Shown here in pieces: positions 1 through 6,285 of a stretch of DNA of 31,947 bases (position 1 is its first letter; each line of letters opens with the position of its first letter). The position numbers and the translations under genes were made by a program. Under the pieces are notes generated by a model that saw only the letters and a program-made list of their open reading frames with translations, ran no database searches and had not been told where the DNA came from. Origin of the DNA: a virus (taxonomy: Duplodnaviria > Caudoviricetes); IMG/VR virus record IMGVR_UViG_3300006863_000008, positions 1-31,947 of that record; one strand, written 5' to 3'.

Positions 1-1
1 A

Positions 2-460
2 GCTAGGGCGGTACATGAGGCAGGCGCAGGTAAAGCTGGTGAATGGAACCAGAACTCAGTCAACAAGGTGTTGAACTCCACCATTGGCGAAAAAATCCTT
101 GAAACATTCCCGCCAGAAGAAGTGCGTAAGTTCCATGTGCTGAATTACGGTGGCCAGATTATGCCTGGAGGTCATGTTTATGAGGGCGCAGCACTACAAG
201 CTAGGCGTGTTGGATTGATTGAAAAACACGCAGAAAAAGCGCTGACCGGAGCCGGTACAGCAACTGGTGCGGCAATTGGTGGGCCTGCTGGCGCGGCGAT
301 TGGTGGATATTTGGCTCAAAAAGCAGGTGCAAAAGTGTCTGCTAAAGCAGCAGCCAAAGCAGAAACCAAAGCCTTGCAAAAAGCGCAAGAGGAAATGCGT
401 AAAGCGGCTGAACTTGGCAAGCAAACCGGCAAAAACAAACTTGGTGATTTAACTAAATAA
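2..460 (+). CDS. C-terminal part of a large DNA ejection/internal virion protein (5'-truncated, gp16-like position)
   Basis: Frame is open from nt 2 (ARAVHEAGAGKAGEWNQ...) to TAA 460; Ala/Gly-rich glycine-zipper (GAAIGGPAGAAIGG) typical of ejection proteins; would follow the ejection genes at the window end on a circular map. Confidence 0.6.
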   Translation, partial: ARAVHEAGAGKAGEWNQNSVNKVLNSTIGEKILETFPPEEVRKFHVLNYGGQIMPGGHVYEGAALQARRVGLIEKHAEKALTGAGTATGAAIGGPAGAAIGGYLAQKAGAKVSAKAAAKAETKALQKAQEEMRKAAELGKQTGKNKLGDLTK

Positions 461-462
461 TC

Positions 463-747
463 ATGAATCAAGAACCAACACTAGCCGACCTCTGCAAAAA
501 GATCGACCAACTGATGGATGAGATGCATAGCATCTCTCATGGCTTTGTCAAGAACGAAGATGGAACCGTTGACTATGACGGGCATCGGCGGTATCACGCA
601 GCCATTATTCAGTCCATGAACGCTCAAGAGAAGTTTTGGAATGAATTGCGAATTGACCTAGCCAAGAAGGGGTTGTGGTTCATTCTGCTTGTTTTGGCTG
701 GATTAGTAGTCCTTGGAATTCAGACCAAGTTGGGATTGACAAAATAA
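463..747 (+). CDS. small membrane protein with one C-terminal TM helix, first gene of the lysis cassette (holin/antiholin-like)
   Basis: 94 aa; hydrophobic GLWFILLVLAGLVVLGI; upstream of the endolysin. Confidence 0.55.
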   Translation: MNQEPTLADLCKKIDQLMDEMHSISHGFVKNEDGTVDYDGHRRYHAAIIQSMNAQEKFWNELRIDLAKKGLWFILLVLAGLVVLGIQTKLGLTK

Positions 748-756
748 GGAGACATC

Positions 757-1224
757 ATGTTGTCAGCACTGTTCTCATTCCTTGGTGGCTCAGTCTTTCG
801 CATGGTATGGGGCGAAATTTCGTCCTTTGTGAACAAGCGCCAAGAACACCAGCAGGAAGTCGAGCGCATGAGGCTTCAAATTGAACTGGATGACCGAGCG
901 CATCAGCGTAATCAAGAGGCACTCCAACTGCAAGCCACGCTAGGCATCAAGACTATTCAGGCGCAGGCTGAGAGCAATGTGCTAACTGAGGAAGCGCAGG
1001 CGTTTACTACTGCTATGGCTAACGCCATGAAGCCCACCGGAATCCATTGGGTAGACGCTTGGAATGGCATCATCCGCCCTGCTGCTGCAACGATTGCTTT
1101 GGCGCTGTGGGCAATGAAGTTGGTGCATCAGAACTTTATGATGCAGGATTACGATATGGAAATCACCGGGGTTGTTCTCGGCTTCTTCTTTGCTGATCGC
1201 TCTCTCGGGAAGCGTGGCAAATAA
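757..1224 (+). CDS. putative holin (N-terminal hydrophobic segment, coiled coil, two C-terminal TMs; 3TM-holin-like)
   Basis: SD AAGGAG upstream; W-x2-A-x-N-x2-IRP motif, then TM segments ending LGFFFADRSLGKRGK with a basic tail. Confidence 0.65.
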   Translation: MLSALFSFLGGSVFRMVWGEISSFVNKRQEHQQEVERMRLQIELDDRAHQRNQEALQLQATLGIKTIQAQAESNVLTEEAQAFTTAMANAMKPTGIHWVDAWNGIIRPAAATIALALWAMKLVHQNFMMQDYDMEITGVVLGFFFADRSLGKRGK

Positions 1225-1230
1225 AATAGT

Positions 1231-1704
1231 ATGCTTTCCGTTGAACCAATCACAAAGATCATTGCAATGCTGACGGCAGTTGTGACACTTGCCGGTGGCA
1301 GCTATGCATTTGGAGACAAGTTGGGCTGGTTCAAGAAAGACATCTTGCGCTGGTCGCCGGAGCATTTCAGCATCTCTAGTGGCCCAATAAACAAACCATT
1401 CAATGTGGTTGTTGCAAGGCAGAAATTGCGTGAGGACTGCGATGTGACTGACTTTAGGCTTGAGATCAGGGATTCAAGTTTGCGAGTCCATCCTGTCACG
1501 CCAGACATCACGGTTTTTGCTGGGCCTGCCGGGAATAAGGTAGACAAGTTCGCTTACAGCATCTCCATTCCTAAAGACCATCAAGACATGATCGCTCCCG
1601 GCAAAGCCGTCTTGCTGGGCAGGATAAAGTACAAGTGTCCCGAGGGTGAGGTGCTGGTGCAATACCCACGCCACGCCAATATGCAGTTTGAGATCACCAA
1701 ATGA
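1231..1704 (+). CDS. hypothetical membrane-anchored or exported protein in the lysis cassette
   Basis: N-terminal hydrophobic helix IIAMLTAVVTLAGGSYA, then a beta-rich soluble domain with 2 Cys; ATGA overlap with the lysozyme gene. Confidence 0.6.
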   Translation: MLSVEPITKIIAMLTAVVTLAGGSYAFGDKLGWFKKDILRWSPEHFSISSGPINKPFNVVVARQKLREDCDVTDFRLEIRDSSLRVHPVTPDITVFAGPAGNKVDKFAYSISIPKDHQDMIAPGKAVLLGRIKYKCPEGEVLVQYPRHANMQFEITK

Positions 1705-2156
1705 ACAATGATGATCCAATCGTTCTAGCGGCGGCTCTGTGCAGGGCGTTTGAGGGGTTGTACCTCAAGCCATATCTTTGCCCAGCAAATGTACCAACGA
1801 TTGGATATGGATCGACTGCTTATGAAAACGGGATCAGGGTAACGCTGGCTGACCCCCCGATCACAAAGGAACGTGCGGAGGAATTGCTCATGCATGAACT
1901 CCGTACGATCTGCTTTCCAAGCGTTAAACGATTATGCGGATCGGTTCTTGAATGGGGAAATCCCGCTACGGCGGCTCTTATAGATTTTGTCTACAACCTC
2001 GGCTCTGGCAGACTTGCATCCTCCACCTTGCGGAAGAAGATTCAAGCAAATGACCGCGAAGGAGCCAAAGCGGAACTGATGAAATGGGTTCGTGGTGGCG
2101 GCAAGGTTTTGCCGGGATTGGTCAAACGGCGAAAGGCCGAAGCTGAAATGATTTAA
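1701..2156 (+). CDS. endolysin, GH24 phage lysozyme
   Basis: FEG-x7-CPANVPTIGYG (E-x8-C-x5-T triad), ALIDFVYNLG, STL, C-terminal LPGLVKRRKAE. Confidence 0.95.
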   Translation: MNNDDPIVLAAALCRAFEGLYLKPYLCPANVPTIGYGSTAYENGIRVTLADPPITKERAEELLMHELRTICFPSVKRLCGSVLEWGNPATAALIDFVYNLGSGRLASSTLRKKIQANDREGAKAELMKWVRGGGKVLPGLVKRRKAEAEMI

Positions 2157-2377
2157 CATTTTTTGGCTTTGCTAAAAGCAATGATGTTTGTTTTGAACAC
2201 AACATTGACCGGATCAGATAAGCCCGTTCCTTTCATTCCCTTTTTGGCGTTGGCTCTGCCTTTTTGAACATTTCTATCTTCAAGAATTGCTCTAGCAGCA
2301 TGGGGTCTATCAATTTTGCGCCAATCAAATGCGTTGCCATGTGATTTGGGTATATTGCTTCCTGGCCAGTATTTCAT
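2153..2377 (-). CDS. hypothetical basic protein
   Basis: 74 aa ORF coupled to the upstream stop (TAATG overlap at 2375-2379); last gene of the leftward operon. Confidence 0.6.
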   Translation of the reverse strand: MKYWPGSNIPKSHGNAFDWRKIDRPHAARAILEDRNVQKGRANAKKGMKGTGLSDPVNVVFKTNIIAFSKAKKC

Positions 2378-2916
2378 TAACTTCCCTTGCTGCCAAACGT
2401 ATAAAACCTAACAGGGTCTGATTGAAGCATCCCTGTGTTGACACTATCATAGCCTTTTACTTTGGGAAGCAGATACCAACCCCATTCCCCGCGCATACAA
2501 GACCCGTTCTTTAGGTCAATGACGTAGCTAAAATTCCAGTATCCCCGTGTGTCGCGTATAAAAAAGAATCCAGCCACACCTTTTTCGCCATCAGCAATGT
2601 TCATGTTGCCTGATGCGTTAGCAATGACAATGCGATCAGGATTGACCCCACACCACTTTCTAAATCCGTAGGCAGGGTTTCTGGCTATCCAAGTGGCGGC
2701 AATTTTGTATTTTGACCAATCTGGATGCTCTGCAACCCATTGTTCGTCATAACAAGTCGCATCGGGCGTTTGGAACCATCTTAGCCATTTAGGAAGATTG
2801 CCTGTCTCTTTGTTCACAAACAGGGCAATGACCGGAGCAAAGATGATGGCTACAAGCTGAATAGCTATGGCCAGCACCAATAAAAGCAAATACACAACAA
2901 ACATCAATGGAAACAT
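2377..2916 (-). CDS. hypothetical phage membrane protein (N-terminal TM, W-x2-RNPAYGF motif)
   Basis: Start moved to ATG 2916 because of SD GGAG 7 nt upstream; long hydrophobic N-terminus, LPKWLRWFQTPD and RNPAYGF motifs. Confidence 0.7.
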   Translation of the reverse strand: MFPLMFVVYLLLLVLAIAIQLVAIIFAPVIALFVNKETGNLPKWLRWFQTPDATCYDEQWVAEHPDWSKYKIAATWIARNPAYGFRKWCGVNPDRIVIANASGNMNIADGEKGVAGFFFIRDTRGYWNFSYVIDLKNGSCMRGEWGWYLLPKVKGYDSVNTGMLQSDPVRFYTFGSKGS

Positions 2917-2917
2917 T

Positions 2918-3271
2918 TTATTTCTCCATGCAAAACCCAGCACATTCACCCTGGGGGTAGTTACAAAGCAAATGCTCACAGATCAACTTAGACTCTTTTA
3001 GTGAGTTAAGTGTTTTGTAATGAGCATCCAGCCAAAGATTTTTTCTTTCTTCTTTAGAAAGATGCGAACCTTGATCTATCTCATAATGGCATTTAAGACA
3101 CAAAGCTGCGGTGTAATAGTCCGAGGCTTTAATTCCTTTACCTTTACCATGTTCAGACCAATTTGAGTGAGCCGCCTGCACATGATAATCAGCCCCGCAA
3201 TTTTTACAAGGTAAAGAAGCAACCATTTTCAGCAACCTTTTGTCTCTGACATAGTTAAATTTGGGAATCAT
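2918..3271 (-). CDS. nin-region Zn-binding HNH-like protein (DUF968/DUF1364/Ref-like)
   Basis: LPCKNCG...QAAHSN...GKGIKASD...AALCLKCH pattern. Confidence 0.75.
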   Translation of the reverse strand: MIPKFNYVRDKRLLKMVASLPCKNCGADYHVQAAHSNWSEHGKGKGIKASDYYTAALCLKCHYEIDQGSHLSKEERKNLWLDAHYKTLNSLKESKLICEHLLCNYPQGECAGFCMEK

Positions 3272-3600
3272 TCTGTCGCCTTGATTTCCATCCGGGCATT
3301 GGCTGATTCTGTACGCCAGATTTCTGTTTTCATTCTAGCCGCCTCCAGCATCCATTTAATATATTCTTCCTGCTCAATAGCCGCCTGCAACCCTTCCAGA
3401 AGTTCCAAATACTCTAAATTTGAATAAGCCTCGCGTTCTTGGGCATTAGCAGCCTCAATACCTTTTGCCAAAGCATCTTTCATTAAAAGTGCTTTTTTGC
3501 TTTTACGAAACTCCTCTAAATAAATGCGCTTTGCTTTTGCCTCAGCATATTTACGAGCGTTTTGCTGAATATACTCAACTGCTGCATAAGGAACATTCAT
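3268..3600 (-). CDS. hypothetical alpha-helical/coiled-coil protein
   Basis: 110 aa, SD GAGG, ATGA-coupled at both ends. Confidence 0.7.
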   Translation of the reverse strand: MNVPYAAVEYIQQNARKYAEAKAKRIYLEEFRKSKKALLMKDALAKGIEAANAQEREAYSNLEYLELLEGLQAAIEQEEYIKWMLEAARMKTEIWRTESANARMEIKATE

Positions 3601-4022
3601 AACACTTCCTCTCTAACCATAATATTTACCCCAGGCTCGACAGAATATACCTTTGTGCAATGCAAAGAAATAACCTGAGTATCATCCAAATAAACTATTC
3701 CATTCATGCTATCCAAATAGGCTTTAGCAATGTTGTCAATGTCTGGTTTTTTGGTTGGTCTGACCCCACCAGAAAGCATGGCTTTTTTAGCCGTTTTTGA
3801 CGCTGAGGCGGGTACGGGTATCCTGATGTACAAATAAACGCTTGTAGGCGTTTCTAGAGGCTCTGTTGACCCCATTGCGCGGGTGGCGGCTTCCCTGATC
3901 TGCGCTTCGTAGTCTGCGGTCTTGGAATCGGTATAAGTTTTGACAAAATTTCCCCGCCTGGCAAAACGAGGTCTGCCTTTGCCTTTTGGATTACCAGAAA
4001 CCTCAAACATCACGATGAACAT
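3597..4022 (-). CDS. rusA: RusA family Holliday junction resolvase
   Basis: P-x-GKGRPRF N-terminus; KPDIDNIAK...D...DDTQV catalytic Asp motifs. Confidence 0.92.
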   Translation of the reverse strand: MFIVMFEVSGNPKGKGRPRFARRGNFVKTYTDSKTADYEAQIREAATRAMGSTEPLETPTSVYLYIRIPVPASASKTAKKAMLSGGVRPTKKPDIDNIAKAYLDSMNGIVYLDDTQVISLHCTKVYSVEPGVNIMVREEVL

Positions 4023-4293
4023 TTCTTAACCTATTCATTCTGGTTCGCAAATCATCAGCAGCAGCGGTTCCTCTAATTCGTTCAATTTCGCTAATTGTTC
4101 GATACCACCAGTTTCGGGCAGTATTTGATCCTTGCTCCGATACTTTCTTGTTGTATCTCGCAATCCATTCCCGAGCCTCTGTCTCTCTCATGTATTCCAA
4201 TGTCTCCGGTGAGATAGAGTGCTTGGTTGATTGTGAAGCTGGAGAATTGTTCTCCATCTTTGGCTCGGTCAAGGATTTTGTGGGCTTGTTCAT
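4003..4293 (-). CDS. hypothetical protein (true start may be internal, e.g. MRETEAREW at ~4192)
   Basis: ATGA-coupled to the MTase stop; C-terminal half EAREW...IERIRGTAAADDLR looks like a small phage protein. Confidence 0.55.
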   Translation of the reverse strand: MNKPTKSLTEPKMENNSPASQSTKHSISPETLEYMRETEAREWIARYNKKVSEQGSNTARNWWYRTISEIERIRGTAAADDLRTRMNRLRNVHRDV

Positions 4294-4300
4294 AATTCAC
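4091..4300 (-). CDS. hypothetical protein (MNYEQAHKILD...ALYLTGD)
   Basis: GTG start with SD GGAG 8 nt upstream; overlaps the 4003-4293 ORF in another frame. Confidence 0.55.
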   Translation of the reverse strand: MNYEQAHKILDRAKDGEQFSSFTINQALYLTGDIGIHERDRGSGMDCEIQQESIGARIKYCPKLVVSNN

Positions 4301-4967
4301 TTAGGATTCTCCATGCTGTTGCTGCCACGATTGGAACTTGTCCGTTGCCAATGGCTTTAAGTCTGTCCATTCTGGAACCCATCCCATCAGCCACTCGTAA
4401 TGATTCGGGGTAATCTTCCCAAATGCTGCTGTCCATGCTCGGCATCCAGCGTGTTTCTGCATTGACTTCGCCAGAAAGTTCGCCATTGTCGTTGGCGTAT
4501 GCAAGTAGCCAAAATCTTTCCCGAATGTGGTCAGCACCCATGTCTTTCGCTGATAAGGAAATTGCTTTGGTTTTGTAACCCATCGATTCGCAGTCGTTTG
4601 CGGCTTGGTCAATTGCAACTCGGCTGACGTTTTCGGCAAAGATGTACCTGAGAGCGACATCTGCCACGATTCGCCGCATCTCAGGCCAAAGATCGTCTGC
4701 CGTATTTTTGCCAGCCGCTGCTGTGGAATAGGCTTGACATGGAAACCCGCCAGATACAACGTCAACAATTCCTCGCCAAGGTTTTCCGTCAAAGGTTTGT
4801 ATGTCATCCCAAATCGGGAAAGGCGGGAGAAGTCCGTCATTTTGTCGGGCGCACAATACGCTTGCGGGGTAAGGTTCCCACTCGACTGCACAGACTGTTC
4901 GCCATCCGAGAAGTTTTCCCCCAAGTATTCCTCCACCAGCGCCTGCGAATAAAGCCAACTCATTCAT
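4290..4967 (-). CDS. C5 cytosine DNA methyltransferase, catalytic (alpha-like) polypeptide lacking motif IX
   Basis: Motif I LFAGAGG, IV GGFPCQ, VI ENV, VIII HIRERF, X RLKAIGNGQVP. Confidence 0.92.
   Translation of the reverse strand: MNELALFAGAGGGILGGKLLGWRTVCAVEWEPYPASVLCARQNDGLLPPFPIWDDIQTFDGKPWRGIVDVVSGGFPCQAYSTAAAGKNTADDLWPEMRRIVADVALRYIFAENVSRVAIDQAANDCESMGYKTKAISLSAKDMGADHIRERFWLLAYANDNGELSGEVNAETRWMPSMDSSIWEDYPESLRVADGMGSRMDRLKAIGNGQVPIVAATAWRILSEL
4301..4963 (-). CDS. alternative-frame ORF, putative MTase beta polypeptide carrying motif IX
   Basis: 220 codons open inside the MTase gene; own SD (AAGGA 6 nt upstream); C-terminal GKITPNHYEWLMGWVPEWT resembles motif IX. Confidence 0.7.
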   Translation of the reverse strand: MSWLYSQALVEEYLGENFSDGEQSVQSSGNLTPQAYCAPDKMTDFSRLSRFGMTYKPLTENLGEELLTLYLAGFHVKPIPQQRLAKIRQTIFGLRCGESWQMSLSGTSLPKTSAELQLTKPQTTANRWVTKPKQFPYQRKTWVLTTFGKDFGYLHTPTTMANFLAKSMQKHAGCRAWTAAFGKITPNHYEWLMGWVPEWTDLKPLATDKFQSWQQQHGES

Positions 4968-5326
4968 GTTCCTTTCCTTAATTGAGCAATTCTCTGTCTA
5001 ACATAATCTGGCATTGGAGCCGCTAATTTGATGTCTTGCTCTATTTTCATCAGGGCTGGGTCTTTTTCGCTTTTAAAGGCGATTTCTGGGATTTCAGCAC
5101 CATCCCATCTTTGTTGATTGAGATAGACTAAAGGAGCCGGAATGTATGCACCTCCATCTTTTCTCCATTGATCTGTGGTTTTCATCCATTCAACGTGCTT
5201 GATGATCTGATCTGCACAAGTCTCGCAATAGTGCTTTTTCCACTTTTTTAGACATTCAGACTTCCCGCCTTTGCGAGTAGATTTAGGCCATGCTGCCCAG
5301 AATCTGTCAAACCCTGATTCAAACAT
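4964..5326 (-). CDS. short replication protein (C-terminal replisome-organiser/O-like domain only)
   Basis: Start ATG 5326 with SD AAGGAG; FDRFWAAWPK...K...W and YIPAPLVYLNQQRWD motifs typical of the C-terminal domain of phage initiators. Confidence 0.7.
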   Translation of the reverse strand: MFESGFDRFWAAWPKSTRKGGKSECLKKWKKHYCETCADQIIKHVEWMKTTDQWRKDGGAYIPAPLVYLNQQRWDGAEIPEIAFKSEKDPALMKIEQDIKLAAPMPDYVRQRIAQLRKGT

Positions 5327-5610
5327 TGCATCTCCTTTTGGGCATAGGTACTCCAAGGGTGGATAAATTGACTATCCAACCCTCTCCAGGCTTTTCATTG
5401 TCTTTCAACACAAAAAGCCCCAAGTGCGCGTGACGGGTCTGTTCGCTTATACAAAAGGTCTTGTTCCACCATGTACCTTTTGCTTTACCAGTCGCCAAAC
5501 CAACGCTGGTCGCCTTTTGCTCTGGGGTGTAACAGAGTGCGGTGTTTCTTGACTTGCCACCCCATGCAGGGCCGGTAACGTAACGTGAGTCACTCGGTCT
5601 GCCAAAAGCA

Positions 5611-5768
5611 AAAACCCCGCAAGATGCTCTGTGGTCTTGGCTCTTGGCATGAGCAGCGGCTAGACGATTGAACGCAAATTCAAAAGACTCGCCTGCCACC
5701 TGACAAGACCACACAGTACCCTGCGGGGTTCTTAATTTGCGTTCATCGCCTAGATGCCACTCTAGACA
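5611..5768 (-). ncRNA. candidate C4/CI/IsrK-like structured regulatory RNA
   Basis: Nested stems 5613-5621/5722-5730 (9 bp) and 5630-5639/5704-5713 (10 bp) followed by a U-tract on the minus strand; internal 5669-5680 is perfectly complementary to upstream 5734-5745. Confidence 0.6.
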
Positions 5769-5774
5769 ATTTTG

Positions 5775-5803
5775 ATTATACATAAATTTAAACGTGCAAG
5801 CAA
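5775..5803 (-). promoter_or_regulatory. sigma70 promoter for the structured RNA and replication operon
   Basis: TTGCTT(5803-5798)-N17-TATAAT(5780-5775). Confidence 0.7.
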
Positions 5804-5955
5804 TCAAACCATTCTGGATGCAACAATCTTAGCTGCCAGACCCTAGCCCTAGGCACATCTTCTTTCCACAGATAGATCGCCGCCCTGGTAACTCCGAGCA
5901 TCTGCGCTAGAGCAAGAACACTCCCGGCTTTATAGATTGCGTATTCTTTTTTCAT
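5788..5955 (-). CDS. cro: Cro-like HTH transcriptional regulator
   Basis: GSVLALAQMLGVTRAAIYLW...VP..R..QL HTH pattern of Cro/YdaS proteins; start ATG 5955. Confidence 0.85.
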   Translation of the reverse strand: MKKEYAIYKAGSVLALAQMLGVTRAAIYLWKEDVPRARVWQLRLLHPEWFDCLHV

Positions 5956-5963
5956 GCCAACAT

Positions 5964-5979
5964 TGTAAGGCTTCTTACA
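5964..5979. promoter_or_regulatory. operator O1 overlapping the leftward -10 (TACAAT 5967-5962)
   Basis: Perfect palindrome TGTAAG-N4-CTTACA. Confidence 0.7.
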
Positions 5980-6036
5980 CATAAAAAGAAACTTTGCAAA
6001 AATACAACACTAGGGAAAATACTTAGAAAAAAGATG

Positions 6037-6064
6037 TTGACATCTGTATAAGCTAGCTTACAAT
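6037..6064 (+). promoter_or_regulatory. rightward early sigma70 promoter containing operator O2 (6047-6062)
   Basis: TTGACA-N16-TACAAT; TATAAG-N4-CTTACA differs from O1 half-sites by 1 nt. Confidence 0.8.
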
Positions 6065-6112
6065 TCACCCATGCCCTAGCAATTCGCATGGGGTCTTTTT
6101 AGGAGAACTGAG

Positions 6113-6163
6113 ATGAATGATGAGATCAAACTTACAGGTTACGCAAAACTGATGCAAACATGA
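6113..6163 (+). CDS. 16-aa micro-ORF MNDEIKLTGYAKLMQT
   Basis: Strong SD AGGAG at 6101-6105; TGA overlaps the next ATG (ATGA); absent from the ORF track. Confidence 0.45.
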   Translation: MNDEIKLTGYAKLMQT

Positions 6164-6285
6164 AACATGACATCTTTGACTTTAAGCCAGAAATGTCTAT
6201 TTACGGCATTGCGTGGCGTGTTGCTCTATTGGCAACCATCATCATTACTCTAATTCTTGATTTGTTCTTTTGGAGACCGCTATGA
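6160..6285 (+). CDS. 41-aa single-TM membrane peptide ending DLFFWRPL
   Basis: Translated by hand: MKHDIFDFKPEMSIYGIAWRVALLATIIITLILDLFFWRPL; ATGA-coupled at both ends. Confidence 0.7.
   Translation: MKHDIFDFKPEMSIYGIAWRVALLATIIITLILDLFFWRPL

Noticed and set aside
4290-4967. Overlap explained as a sequencing frameshift or pseudogene
   Set aside because: Both frames are open end to end with their own starts and SDs, and motif X stays in the same frame as motifs I-VIII
5611-5768. tRNA interpretation of the structured region
   Set aside because: No T-loop GTTCRA, no D-loop consensus, no cloverleaf spacing
5319-5807. 162-aa minus-strand ORF (and nested 67-aa ORF) across the structured region
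   Set aside because: Its TTG start lies upstream of the promoter -35, there is no SD and the composition is not protein-like. Not annotated as a CDS, though a shorter translated leader as in the icd/kil/orf45 systems cannot be excluded
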